This document shows, in pieces, positions 10,555 to 20,785 of a stretch of 64,000 nt of DNA. The DNA is from Acidobacteriota bacterium. Its GTDB lineage: Bacteria > Acidobacteriota > UBA6911. The notes below the pieces were generated by a model. The model did no database searches and was not told the origin of the DNA. It saw nothing but the letters and a program-made list of their open reading frames with translations. A program made the translations under genes and the position numbers. Location: positions 4,896,001-4,960,000 of the forward strand of contig OY761556.1 of NCBI GenBank assembly GCA_963664705.1, written 5' to 3'. Each line of letters opens with the position of its first letter. Position 1 is the stretch's first letter.

Positions 10555-10891
10555 GCATACTCTGATATGGAGCGACAAAGATATTAACGCGCGCGAGCTT
10601 ATCACACCGCTCAAAAGCAGTCAAAACCGGGCAGATCTGAAGCAGCCACAAAAAGCCGAACCGCACGACCCGGCTCGTGCCCTGAATGTCGAGTGGAGCT
10701 GCCGGGGCAACTTGAGGCGCTCTCCTTCCATCCCAAAGGGCGCGCGGATTACCATAGGACCCTCATTTACCGCTCACTTTCTGTTCTGTGATTCCCGCAG
10801 CTAAGATGACCTGCTTTGCATTTATACTACGTTGTGGTATGGTTCTTCCGAAAAGTCAGCTTTTACCCTAAATTGAAAAACAGAGCTATAA

Positions 10892-13045
10892 ATGCGAATG
10901 CATCTCTGCATTTGGAGCCTATTGGTTCTTGTTGCCCATACACAGGAATCTATTTGCGCCGAGCAAAGCCCTAAAGATCCCATCCCCATGCTGATCGTGA
11001 TGCTGCAGAATGACGATCGGGCGGTCCGGGCGGAAGCGGCCGATGCATTGCTAAAACTGGGGCATACAGCCATCGACCCGCTAATCAGGGAATTGTCGGG
11101 CAGGAATGCCAAGGTCCGCAGAGAGGTTGTCTCCATTATTGGGCAAACCAGAGACCCCCGCGTACTCAGTCCGCTTATTGCCGCGCTGAAGGATGACGAT
11201 CCCGTCGTCAGCTTTAATGCCGCGGCTGCCTTGAAGCGTATCCGGGATCCGAGGGCAGTGGATCCGCTGATTTCAGTTCTCAAGGCAAACGATTCTATCG
11301 TCAGTTATGGAGCCGTAGATGCCCTGGGGGAGTTCAAGGATCTTCGGGCGGTTGAAGCACTCATTGCAGTATTAAAAGAGACAAATCCCCTGCTTCGCAA
11401 ATTGACGATCACGGCATTGGCAAGGCAGGGGCAGGCTGCTGTTGACGCCCTTCTTGTCGCCCTGGCAGGCCCGGAAGACAGAGTCCGCATGGATGTAGCC
11501 GACGCACTGGGCAAAATCAAGGATCCGCGGGCAATAGATCCTCTCAATGCTTTGCTCGATAGTCCGAACCATGAGGTCCGCAGCAGAGCCGCCGGCGCGA
11601 TAGCGCGCATCCGCGAATCCAATGGTGCCGCCTTGGATTCCGCAGCGAATCAAAATGCAGACCGGCCTCTTCTGGGCACCAGAATATTGATTGTCAGAGA
11701 TTCAGGCCAGGAAAAGACACCGGGAGGCGAATCCCTGTTCAGAAACGCTCCGCAACTGAAACAGATTTTGACCGATTGGGAAGATTCATCACCGGAACCG
11801 GTGCAGAAGCAGATCCAAAGGCTCAGGGGAAGTGACGCGAGTTCGAAAGCCGACGCCGCTATACAGTTGCGAAAAGCGGGATCCTCCGCACAGGGAGCGA
11901 TCCTGGCCCTTCTGGATACACTGCGTGACCCCAGGATTGACAAACAGGTTTACATGAATGGCGGAATAGCGCGTCTCACAATCAACGTCTCTCCAGCGGC
12001 AGAGGCGGCAGATACGCTTGTCCGAGTGGGAGAGCCCGCAGTGGCTTCTCTCATTGCCGTCTTGAAAGATGGTGATGCCGGTTCGCAAAGGGCTGTTGTG
12101 CATGCACTGGCGAATGTTAAGGACCCGAACATCGCAGAGGCGCTCATCCCGATGCTGGAGGATGATAGCGCACAAACCCGCGAAGACGCCATTCATGCGT
12201 TAGGCACCGTCACTGATCCGCATGTGATTGACCTTCTCCTGGCTGCGCTGAGAAACGGCGGAGCGCGTCATCAGGAAGGTGCCATCCGGATTTTGGGTCA
12301 GATCAAAAACCGCCGGGCGGTGGAACCGCTGATCTCAATATTGAAAGAGGGTAATCCCAATGCGCGCAAGGCAGCCATTGAGGCTTTGGGACAGATCCGA
12401 GACAAACGTGCGCTCGGGCCACTGATCGCGGTTCGGAAAGACCCCGACCCCAATATTCGCGAAGCAGTCATCCTGGTCCTGGAGCAAATGAACGGGCCCG
12501 AAATTCTGGATCCTCTTGTTGCAGCATTGAGCGACGATGAGGTCAGGATCCGGGACCAGGCAAGCCGCGTGTTGAAAGCCTTCAAGGATCAACGCACGGT
12601 GGACGCACTTGCGGCAATGGCGAGGGATTCCCAAGTCAGGACTCGCAAAAGTGCAGTTCAGGTATTAGCACAAATCAAAGACGCGCACGCCATGGTCCCG
12701 CTGATCGCAGCTTCGAAGGATCAGGATCCCGGCATCCGGCAATTGGCAATAGAGTCGCTGGGCCAAATCGCCGAATCGCCCGCGTCCGAGGCCGTCATAT
12801 CCGCCTTGGCCGACACGGATCCGGATGTCCGGATCGCTGCGATTAGGACTCTGGGAAATGTGCGAACCCCCCATGTTATCGCCTCCCTCATTGCAGTTCT
12901 GGCGGACACGCGCGAAAGCGTTCGCATTGAGGCGACATGGGCACTGAAAAAACTAACCGGTGAGGATTTTGGATCTGATCGCAAGCGATGGGAACAGTGG
13001 CATCGGTCTCAAACGCCGCAAGCCACGCCTGCGCCTAAGCAGTGA
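10892..13045 (+). CDS. Exported HEAT/PBS-lyase repeat protein
   Basis: Signal peptide then many repeats of type 'VRxxAAxALGxIxDPRAVxPLIxxL'. Confidence 0.9.
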   Translation: MRMHLCIWSLLVLVAHTQESICAEQSPKDPIPMLIVMLQNDDRAVRAEAADALLKLGHTAIDPLIRELSGRNAKVRREVVSIIGQTRDPRVLSPLIAALKDDDPVVSFNAAAALKRIRDPRAVDPLISVLKANDSIVSYGAVDALGEFKDLRAVEALIAVLKETNPLLRKLTITALARQGQAAVDALLVALAGPEDRVRMDVADALGKIKDPRAIDPLNALLDSPNHEVRSRAAGAIARIRESNGAALDSAANQNADRPLLGTRILIVRDSGQEKTPGGESLFRNAPQLKQILTDWEDSSPEPVQKQIQRLRGSDASSKADAAIQLRKAGSSAQGAILALLDTLRDPRIDKQVYMNGGIARLTINVSPAAEAADTLVRVGEPAVASLIAVLKDGDAGSQRAVVHALANVKDPNIAEALIPMLEDDSAQTREDAIHALGTVTDPHVIDLLLAALRNGGARHQEGAIRILGQIKNRRAVEPLISILKEGNPNARKAAIEALGQIRDKRALGPLIAVRKDPDPNIREAVILVLEQMNGPEILDPLVAALSDDEVRIRDQASRVLKAFKDQRTVDALAAMARDSQVRTRKSAVQVLAQIKDAHAMVPLIAASKDQDPGIRQLAIESLGQIAESPASEAVISALADTDPDVRIAAIRTLGNVRTPHVIASLIAVLADTRESVRIEATWALKKLTGEDFGSDRKRWEQWHRSQTPQATPAPKQ

Positions 13046-13115
13046 TCGGGAATGGGTCCCGGGTTCATCGTAATTTCGGAGGTCTGATACCAGATTCGTC
13101 GAGGGAGCCATCATT

Positions 13116-14147
13116 TTGAGAAACAGTTCTCATAGCAAGCGCGTTTTTATGCTGTTATTTATTGCCGGAATAGTCGCATTAGCCATCCGGCATCTGCTAT
13201 TGCCCGCTTCCTTCGGAACTATCGGTCATTACCGAACCCCCAGCCTGAAGGATATGCTGAACTTGGAATCCACGTATCAAAGCGAAAATGCCTGCATCCC
13301 TTGTCATGAAGATAAGTATGAGACCCACAAAAAGGATGTCCACTATGGTGTCCAGTGTGAAAATTGTCATGGGCCGGCCAAAATTCATATTTCGGAAATA
13401 GTGCGCTATCTTGACCAGCGCAACCAAAAACTTACGGAATCAGGAAAGTATGCGAAAACGGTTTTGCAGACCGTTCCAAAAACACTGGCTCAGATGCCCA
13501 AAGAATACACGCTGGAGGGGTGTCTTTACTGCCATCGCAAACTCGATTCCCGTCCCCACGATTTTGCCCAGATAGATCCCAAGGAACACTTCAAGGCTCT
13601 TCACGTAACCGATACGTCAATACGCTGTGTCGAATGCCATAACCCTCACGAACCACTGTATCTGCTGAACCCTGTGAGTGAGGCAAGGATCCACCCAGCC
13701 ATATTCGAGTGCGAATACTGTCACAAAATACGTCCGCAGAAGAGTCACAAATCGGTAGAGAACCATCCCGTGATATTTGAATGCGAAGATTGCCATTCAG
13801 CCATAGTCCAGGATTTTAAAAAGCGGGAGCATGCGTCCATGCGATGTACGCAGTGCCATCTGTACCATCCGGAGAATGAAACATCCGGAAGAATTTATAA
13901 AAATGGAAACAGGCAGTTTTGTCTCTTATGTCATGAAAAGAAGCCCTTTAAAAACCAGCATGATCTCCCGCAAATAGATGCCTCAAAGCACCTGGAGAAA
14001 ATGCCCGGGATTATGAAAAAGGACGCGCTGACTATTATTAATTCCAGAACCGCCTGCCTGGAATGCCACTACAATTTTATTCATGACAGTAACCTCATCA
14101 AAACCCTGCGGGAGCAAAAGCAATGGGCAAAACACGTCATTCTATGA
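13116..14147 (+). CDS. Membrane-anchored multiheme c-type cytochrome (9 CxxCH)
   Basis: N-terminal TM; CIPCH, CENCH, CLYCH, CVECH, CEYCH, CEDCH, CTQCH, CLLCH, CLECH. Confidence 0.9.
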   Translation: MRNSSHSKRVFMLLFIAGIVALAIRHLLLPASFGTIGHYRTPSLKDMLNLESTYQSENACIPCHEDKYETHKKDVHYGVQCENCHGPAKIHISEIVRYLDQRNQKLTESGKYAKTVLQTVPKTLAQMPKEYTLEGCLYCHRKLDSRPHDFAQIDPKEHFKALHVTDTSIRCVECHNPHEPLYLLNPVSEARIHPAIFECEYCHKIRPQKSHKSVENHPVIFECEDCHSAIVQDFKKREHASMRCTQCHLYHPENETSGRIYKNGNRQFCLLCHEKKPFKNQHDLPQIDASKHLEKMPGIMKKDALTIINSRTACLECHYNFIHDSNLIKTLREQKQWAKHVIL

Positions 14148-14893
14148 CCCGTGGAGAATTCGTCCGTTTGGCGCTGTATAGCGCAACGGGAGTTTGCGTC
14201 GGTTCCATGTATGCCTGGGGAACCCTGAAAGATGAACCGATAGAGAAACTCGCTCGTGATTTAAGCAGGTTCGACTGGGCCTTTATTGTTGATACAACCC
14301 GATGTATAGGATGCGGTTCCTGTGTCAGAGCCTGCGGAATAGAAAATAAAGTCCCTGACGGATATTTTCGAACCTGGATAGAACGCTACGAAATAGATAA
14401 GGATGAAAACATCCTTGTCGATTCGCCGGAGGGCGGGAAACAGAGTTTTGCGCAAAACCGGCTGCAGGCTAAAGATATCGTAAAAGGGTTCTTTGTCCCG
14501 AAATTGTGCAATCATTGCCGCAATTCATCGTGCACTCAAGTATGTCCTGTCGGTGCAACCTATCATTCGCCTGACGGAGTTGTTTTGGTGGACAGGAAGC
14601 ACTGCATGGGATGTGGATATTGTGTTCAGGCCTGCCCGTATGGATGTCGCTATATTTCGTATGATATAGGCACGGTTGATAAATGCAGCTTCTGCTATCA
14701 TCGCATCCATCGCGGCCTGCCGACCGCCTGTGTTCAGGCTTGCCCGAGAAGAGCCAGGATCTTTGGAAATCTCAAGGATCCTCACAATCCAGTTTCAGCC
14801 GTGCTGCATTCCCGGCGATATTCCATACTCAAGCCTGAAATGGCCACAAATCCCAAATGCTATTACATTGGCCTTGATCTGGAGGTGATTTAA
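14123..14893 (+). CDS. NrfC/DsrO/TtrB-like 4x[4Fe-4S] electron-transfer subunit
   Basis: CIGCGSCVRAC, CNHCRNSSCTQVCP, CMGCGYCVQACP, CSFCYHR...CVQACP; Tat-like N-terminus. Confidence 0.9.
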   Translation: MGKTRHSMTRGEFVRLALYSATGVCVGSMYAWGTLKDEPIEKLARDLSRFDWAFIVDTTRCIGCGSCVRACGIENKVPDGYFRTWIERYEIDKDENILVDSPEGGKQSFAQNRLQAKDIVKGFFVPKLCNHCRNSSCTQVCPVGATYHSPDGVVLVDRKHCMGCGYCVQACPYGCRYISYDIGTVDKCSFCYHRIHRGLPTACVQACPRRARIFGNLKDPHNPVSAVLHSRRYSILKPEMATNPKCYYIGLDLEVI

Positions 14894-16047
14894 TGGGCGA
14901 TTTTGTCTTCCCCAATGAGTTGCATGTTACCTGGACGGTGATGATCGTAATGTATCCTTACATTACCGGTCTTGTGGCCGGCGCCTTTATTGTTTCCTCT
15001 CTGTTTCATGTGTTTGGCTTGAAACAGCTGGAGCCTATTGCCCGTTTCTCACTCGTCTCTTCGTTTGCTTTTCTGCTTTTTGCAACCTTACCCTTGCTCA
15101 ACCATTTGGGAAGACCAGAGCGTGCCATGAATATCCTGATTACTCCTCATTTTACTTCGGCAATGAGCGGGTTTGGGTTTGTCTATTTGACATACACCAT
15201 TATTGTCATTCTGGAAATCTGGTTCCATTACAGGGCCGATTTTGTTGATCGATATCATTCTCCGGACGTTAAATGGAAGGTGATCTATTCAGTATTGCTT
15301 CTCGGCTGCACAACACGCAATGAAGAAACGGATCACATCGATCACAAAACCGTGAAAATACTTGCAGGTATCGGGATCCCGGTTGCCTGTATCCTTCATG
15401 GTTATGTAGGCTTCCTGTTTGGTTCGATCAAAGCCAATCCATGGTGGTCTACACCACTTATGTTCATAATCTTCATTTTTTCCGCCGTTGTATCCGGCAT
15501 TTCCGTACTCATCTTTCTTTACCTCTTTGCGAACTTTCTCAAAAGGCAGAAAATCGATCAGAATGCCCTCAATACCATGGTTCGCTTTCTCTGGGGCTTC
15601 ATGATTATCGCTGTCGTGCTGGAGCTTATGGACCTCCTGTCATTGGCCTATGAGCAGACGCAAAAATGGGCAGTGCTGAAATATCTCATAACCGGACCCC
15701 TGTGGTATACCTATGTGATCGGACAGATAATCATTTGTTCGCTGGGATCATTCCTCCTTCTGACCTGTATAGTCCTGTTTAAGTTGCCACAGAAAATCTC
15801 GAATATACTTGCCTTTATAACTTCAGGCCTTCTTTTGCTGCAGGTGATTATGATGCGATGGAATGTTGTGATAGGCGGACAGCTTGTCTCAAAAAGCTAT
15901 CGTGGATTCACCAGTTTTATGCCGGGATTTCTGGAAAAGGAGGGCATCCTGGTCGCCGCGATCATTTTTATAGTGCCGTTTCTCATGCTGCGTCAATTTG
16001 ACAGGATTTTCCCTTTCTTTCCAGTCTCAAAGAAAAACATATCCTGA
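14893..16047 (+). CDS. nrfD: NrfD/PsrC family quinol-interacting membrane anchor
   Basis: 'YPYITGLVAGAF', 'HLGRPER', 'RWNVVIGGQ', many TMs; start overlaps the NrfC-like stop (TAATG). Confidence 0.88.
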   Translation: MGDFVFPNELHVTWTVMIVMYPYITGLVAGAFIVSSLFHVFGLKQLEPIARFSLVSSFAFLLFATLPLLNHLGRPERAMNILITPHFTSAMSGFGFVYLTYTIIVILEIWFHYRADFVDRYHSPDVKWKVIYSVLLLGCTTRNEETDHIDHKTVKILAGIGIPVACILHGYVGFLFGSIKANPWWSTPLMFIIFIFSAVVSGISVLIFLYLFANFLKRQKIDQNALNTMVRFLWGFMIIAVVLELMDLLSLAYEQTQKWAVLKYLITGPLWYTYVIGQIIICSLGSFLLLTCIVLFKLPQKISNILAFITSGLLLLQVIMMRWNVVIGGQLVSKSYRGFTSFMPGFLEKEGILVAAIIFIVPFLMLRQFDRIFPFFPVSKKNIS

Positions 16048-16065
16048 TTTCGAAGATACCGGCCT

Positions 16066-17082
16066 ATGCGTAACAATACTCGCATTCTACTACTCCTTTT
16101 GGCTGTATTGCCGTCCCTTTCATTTCTTTGGGCAGGTAAGAAACCCACGGAGCCAACAGAATCCTGTGCGACCAGGGAATGTCATAATTCCTATCGTCAG
16201 AAACAATTCGTTCACAAACCCGTGGCGCAAGGCTCATGCAAGTATTGCCACAAGCTCGTGAATCCTAAAACACACACCTTTAAGTTGTTTCGCACCAGGA
16301 CTGAACTCTGCGGTAATTGTCACAAGGAGATACTCCAGGGAAAAAACCTTCACAAACCGCTGGAACAGGGGCAATGCACGGAATGCCACAACCCGCATAG
16401 CAGCGATAACAAAGCCCTTGTCCGATTTGCAAACATTGAGGAGGCATGCCGCAAGTGTCATAAAAAGAAGGAAGACGTGAAAAATCCTCACGAACCGGCG
16501 GCCAAAGGCAAATGCACCGCCTGTCACAGCAGTCACAGCTCACCCTATAGACCATTGCTCATCAATAGCCAGCGGCAGCTGTGCTTCTCCTGTCATGAAA
16601 AGACAAAATGGGAATTGGATGAGTATAAGTATGTTCATAAACCGGCCACAGATCGGGGATGCAGGGTTTGTCATGAACCACATGGAAGCGATTACTACCG
16701 GTTGCTGGTCAAGGAGTATACCCCGGAATTCTATGCTCCATTTGATATTGCGAATTATGCACTTTGTTTCACGTGCCATCAGGCCAATCTGGTGTTAAAC
16801 AAGGAAACGGACAATGCGACCGATTTCAGAAATGGGAAAGTGAACCTTCACTACCTGCATGTTAACACGCAGGAAAGGGGACGGACCTGCCGGACGTGTC
16901 ATGCCACCCACGCAAGCAATGAGCCCCGGCACTTGCGCAAGGTGGTCCCCTATGGGGACTGGGAGATTCCAATTCAGTTCAACAAAACAGAAACCGGCGG
17001 CGGATGCTCTCCTGGTTGTCACAATCCGCGGACCTATGACAGGGTCGAAGCAGTTGTTTACAAATCCGATGGAGCGCATTAG
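16066..17082 (+). CDS. Periplasmic multiheme cytochrome c (9 CxxCH + CX4CH + CX3CH)
   Basis: Signal peptide; repeated 'HKP...C..CH.PH.S' doubled-CxxCH units; CATRECH and CSPGCH. Confidence 0.9.
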   Translation: MRNNTRILLLLLAVLPSLSFLWAGKKPTEPTESCATRECHNSYRQKQFVHKPVAQGSCKYCHKLVNPKTHTFKLFRTRTELCGNCHKEILQGKNLHKPLEQGQCTECHNPHSSDNKALVRFANIEEACRKCHKKKEDVKNPHEPAAKGKCTACHSSHSSPYRPLLINSQRQLCFSCHEKTKWELDEYKYVHKPATDRGCRVCHEPHGSDYYRLLVKEYTPEFYAPFDIANYALCFTCHQANLVLNKETDNATDFRNGKVNLHYLHVNTQERGRTCRTCHATHASNEPRHLRKVVPYGDWEIPIQFNKTETGGGCSPGCHNPRTYDRVEAVVYKSDGAH

Positions 17083-17139
17083 GCCAATATCTGTTTTTGA
17101 GAACCCGGGCCAGCAAAAGGAAACAGACGAGGGATAGAG

Positions 17140-18405
17140 ATGTATCTCAGGTTGGACAGCCGTTCCAGGAATTCCGGGCAAATCCGAGACAGGATTGTGC
17201 GGACACTCTTCACAGGGTTTATGGGGCTTGCGCTTCTGGTGAGCTGCAGGACGCTTTCCGCACAGGAACCGAATCCGGGACCGGGGCCAATCTATGGTCC
17301 GCATTCGCCACTGGGTTCAAGGGAATGCACGGACTGCCACAAGCGGGCAGTTTCAACCACCCTGCGCTGCCTGGCAGCCAAAACGGATCTGTGTGAATTT
17401 TGTCACCAGGTTCCTCCGGAAGGAGGTCTTGCCCAACAGGTTCGTTCATCGGAGCCACTTTGCTTCAAGTGCCACAAAAGAGATCAATTCAAAGCCAACT
17501 ATGCTCATGGTCCTTTCATTGCTGGAGCTTGCGTTACCTGTCACGATCCGCATGGTGGAGAGGTTCCGGGAATGCTGCGCATTGCGGGTTCACAATTGTG
17601 CCTGGATTGCCATAAGGATTTCAGCGCGCGTTTTTCAAATGCGAGTTTCCGGCATAAGGCCGCTGTCAATAATTGCCTGGATTGTCATTCCCCACACATG
17701 TCCGACCAACGACACCTGCTGAAGTCAGCGCCCCCCGGGCTTTGTGGTAAATGTCACCAGGGAATCATCGGAGATCTTCAAACTGCCGCAGTCATACATT
17801 CACCAGCCAGGGAAACGCCTTCCTGTATGAACTGCCACGATCCGCACATGGCAAAGGAAAAAAGTCTGCTCCTAGCGGACAGGTTAGACAGTTGTCTGAA
17901 GTGCCATGACAAACCGGTTAAAGGCGCTAAAGAAGAATTCGCGGATATGAAGAAACTGCTGGAAGCAAATCCGTATCCGCACGGACCGATCCAAAGCAGA
18001 GACTGTTCGACATGCCACAACCCGCACAGTTCGTCCTATTCCCGACTATTGACGAACCAATACGCTCCGGGCTTTTATGCTCCTTTTTTCATTTCAAATT
18101 ACAGCCTCTGTTTCCGCTGCCACGATGCCGTGCTGGCTACCGAAGAGCATACAACCAGTACCACGGAGTTCCGCGACGGCGATCGCAATCTTCATTATGT
18201 TCACGTCAGCAAGGCATCTCACGGAAGGACCTGCCGTTCGTGTCATGAGGTTCATGCAAGCTCGGGCCAGAAGCACATCGCGAAAACCGTCCCCTTTGGA
18301 AATTGGGAACTCCCGGTTCAATACGAAAAAACTGAAGATGGAGGCACCTGTACGCCGGGCTGCCATACTGTGCAGAAATACAGCCGCCAGCAGGGCAAGC
18401 AGTAA
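17140..18405 (+). CDS. Periplasmic multiheme cytochrome c (12 CxxCH + CX3CH), paralogue of the upstream gene
   Basis: 12 CxxCH counted; C-terminal 'T.FR.G..NLHY.HV...GRTCR.CH..HAS...GG.C.PGCH' shared with 16066..17082. Confidence 0.9.
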   Translation: MYLRLDSRSRNSGQIRDRIVRTLFTGFMGLALLVSCRTLSAQEPNPGPGPIYGPHSPLGSRECTDCHKRAVSTTLRCLAAKTDLCEFCHQVPPEGGLAQQVRSSEPLCFKCHKRDQFKANYAHGPFIAGACVTCHDPHGGEVPGMLRIAGSQLCLDCHKDFSARFSNASFRHKAAVNNCLDCHSPHMSDQRHLLKSAPPGLCGKCHQGIIGDLQTAAVIHSPARETPSCMNCHDPHMAKEKSLLLADRLDSCLKCHDKPVKGAKEEFADMKKLLEANPYPHGPIQSRDCSTCHNPHSSSYSRLLTNQYAPGFYAPFFISNYSLCFRCHDAVLATEEHTTSTTEFRDGDRNLHYVHVSKASHGRTCRSCHEVHASSGQKHIAKTVPFGNWELPVQYEKTEDGGTCTPGCHTVQKYSRQQGKQ

Positions 18406-18670
18406 ATCACCGGTTGACCACTTACATTCTGTGACCTGGGTGTAAAGAAAACAAAACAACCTGTTTTTCATTCCCTGCTGAATAATCCCGATGCGTACGC
18501 GGCTGGATTTCAGCAGCGTATCCATCCACTAAATATTACATTATAAATAACTTAATCTGGAAAATCCGATTTCCTGACAGTCATTACGGCCGAGGCAATC
18601 CCTTCCAGAGCTGCAGGATTGCATTTTTATATGAATATGATTCCCTATTTCATGATATAGTTTCCGTCCA

Positions 18671-18687
18671 ATGAAAATTGATTTCAT
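18671..18687 (+). promoter_or_regulatory. Putative Fur/Zur-like operator
   Basis: Palindrome ATGAAA-ATTGA-TTTCAT in an AT-rich region just upstream of the GGAGG RBS (18701-18705); a weaker similar site at ~18631-18653. Confidence 0.4.
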
Positions 18688-18712
18688 ATTTAGGCTATAC
18701 GGAGGCTATTTC

Positions 18713-19573
18713 GTGAGATATCTTTGCGCTCTAGCAATATTAGTTGGAATACCCCTTCAACCAATTTTTGCCCAGCAGAATCCCTATTTTGTGACCTATG
18801 ATCACCGGATGGAGGAGCCGCAGAATCTGGAAATCTCAACGCAGAGCACGGTGGGGATCCCGAAGGGCGATTTGCCTGGATACCTGGGCCAGCTCCTGGA
18901 GATTGAATATGGCGTGACGCCGCGCTGGTCCTCTGCGCTATATCTGGAAGGAGCCTCGCAGAGGCACGACAGCACCGTATTCACCGGATTCCGCCTGGAA
19001 AACCGTTTCAAGGTGCTGAAGGGAGAACACCGGATCAATCCTGTGCTCTATTTCGAATACGAGAACATTAACGAGGCAAGCCGGATCAAGAAGGAGATTT
19101 TGGGACATGCGGAGCCTTCCAACGAATCACTTCAGGAACCGAAACAGGAAACCGCGCGCGAGCTCGAGGCGAAACTTATCTTGTCCTCCGATATCAAGAG
19201 CTGGAATGTGGCCGGGAATTTTATCGTTGAAAAAAACCTGTCTGAAGACGAAGGATTTGAGTTTGGCTATACGTTGGGGATGTTTCATCCGCTGTCCGGC
19301 AAATCCGCCTGGTGCCGACTCTGCCAGAGCATTTCAGTCGGCGCTGAACTCTATGGCGGCCTTGGAAGCACCGATCAATTCGGTTTCAAGGACACGGCCC
19401 ATTATATTGCACCTCTGCTCGTCTGGAACTTTGCGGCCAATCAAGCGGTCAAGGTATCGCCTGGCTTTGGCTTGACGACCGTCAGCGATCGCATGCTCCT
19501 GCGCTTCGGCTACGTCTATGAGTTGAATGGCTTTGGTCACAGAGTTTCAAAGCTGTTTCGATCCAGGAGTTGA
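18713..19573 (+). CDS. Putative outer-membrane beta-barrel protein
   Basis: GTG after GGAGG; signal peptide; alternating beta-strand pattern; 'LLRFGYVYEL' near the C-terminus. Confidence 0.6.
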   Translation: MRYLCALAILVGIPLQPIFAQQNPYFVTYDHRMEEPQNLEISTQSTVGIPKGDLPGYLGQLLEIEYGVTPRWSSALYLEGASQRHDSTVFTGFRLENRFKVLKGEHRINPVLYFEYENINEASRIKKEILGHAEPSNESLQEPKQETARELEAKLILSSDIKSWNVAGNFIVEKNLSEDEGFEFGYTLGMFHPLSGKSAWCRLCQSISVGAELYGGLGSTDQFGFKDTAHYIAPLLVWNFAANQAVKVSPGFGLTTVSDRMLLRFGYVYELNGFGHRVSKLFRSRS

Positions 19574-19577
19574 AGCC

Positions 19578-19781
19578 ATGAGCCGCGACATGGATCTCCG
19601 CGAAGTATACGGCGCCAAAACCCAATCCCGATCCTGCACAAATGAAATGCGCTGCTGTTGCGGCAGTCTGTTGGCGCGTCTCGTACCCGGCGGGGTGGAA
19701 CTAAAGTGTCGGCGCTGTAAACGAACCATCTTTTTGAACCTGAAATCTCCGGAGAAAACCGGTTCTTTTCCGAACGTCTGA
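19578..19781 (+). CDS. Small C4 zinc-finger protein resembling the phage Mu Com family
   Basis: AGGAG RBS; 67 aa with 'EMRCCCGSLLARLVPGGVELKCRRCKR'. Confidence 0.6.
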   Translation: MSRDMDLREVYGAKTQSRSCTNEMRCCCGSLLARLVPGGVELKCRRCKRTIFLNLKSPEKTGSFPNV

Positions 19782-19893
19782 CCCGTGCAGACGCCTCCAA
19801 TGAACATAACCAGAGCGGCCAGCGGTCAAACAGCACCCAGAGCCCAGGCCACCGCCACGATCCGTGATTTGTGGCGGAGGAAAGGACTCTCTG

Positions 19894-20766
19894 ATGACCG
19901 CAGTACGTTTGTTGCATTTCATATTCCGTCCGGCTCTGTTGAGCCTGGCACTCGTCTGTGCCGTTCCCTTCCCTGCCCGCGCTGATAACGCGAATCCATT
20001 TGCCCTGGAGCGAGACGAAAAGATCCGGGACAATCTCTTCCTCCTGGAAGAGGCATACAACCAGGAACCCGGCGTCATTCAGCATATTCAGGCATTCAGT
20101 CTCAATCCTCAAACCAGGAGCTGGAACTACAGCTTCACGGAAGAATGGCCTGTTCCCACCGATCGGCATCAACTGTCTTTGACCATTCCGGCAATGAATC
20201 AGGGACAAGCAAGCTCCAGCGCGGTCGGGGATTTGCTCATCAATTATCGCCTTCAGGCAATTGGAGCTGGAGGTACGGGCCGCCGGATCGCAATGGCTCC
20301 AAGGCTATCGCTGGTCTTGCCTACGGGAAAATACCAGAACGGCAACGGACGCGGAGGCACCGGGTTTCAACTTAATCTGCCAATCAGCCTGGAAATCGGA
20401 GACCACTTCGTTGCGCACTGGAATGCCGGATTTACGACGACTCCATCCGCAAAATCTCCGGCCGGCTATTCGGCCTTCGCCCTCGATATCAATGCCGGAG
20501 CAGCCCTGATATGGCTTCCGCTCTCCTGGGCGAACCCGCTCATCGAGGTTGTGCATCTGTCGTCACAGGAGATCAGAGAGGACGGGACTCGCCCCCGAAG
20601 CTCCACAGCAATCATCAATCCCGGAATTCGCTTCGCGCTCAACCATCGCTCGGGACTGCAGATAGTTCCCGGGATATCCATACCGGTGCAATTGGACCGC
20701 ACTGGAGCCAAAGCTTCTGTTCTGTTCTATCTCTCCCTTGAACATCCGCTGGGGAGACGGCGCTGA
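19894..20766 (+). CDS. Outer-membrane beta-barrel 'transporter' (Phenol_MetA_deg/CoxB-like)
   Basis: Signal peptide; 'DNLFLLEEAYNQEPGVIQHI', 'GDLLINYR', 'LVLPTG', 'FYLSLEHP'. Confidence 0.7.
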   Translation: MTAVRLLHFIFRPALLSLALVCAVPFPARADNANPFALERDEKIRDNLFLLEEAYNQEPGVIQHIQAFSLNPQTRSWNYSFTEEWPVPTDRHQLSLTIPAMNQGQASSSAVGDLLINYRLQAIGAGGTGRRIAMAPRLSLVLPTGKYQNGNGRGGTGFQLNLPISLEIGDHFVAHWNAGFTTTPSAKSPAGYSAFALDINAGAALIWLPLSWANPLIEVVHLSSQEIREDGTRPRSSTAIINPGIRFALNHRSGLQIVPGISIPVQLDRTGAKASVLFYLSLEHPLGRRR

Positions 20767-20785
20767 TCCATTATTTCTTCTCTGT

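Noticed and set aside
10892-13045. Repetitive DNA / CRISPR-like periodicity
   Set aside because: The periodicity is degenerate protein-level HEAT repeats; no identical repeats with spacers and no cas genes anywhere in the window.
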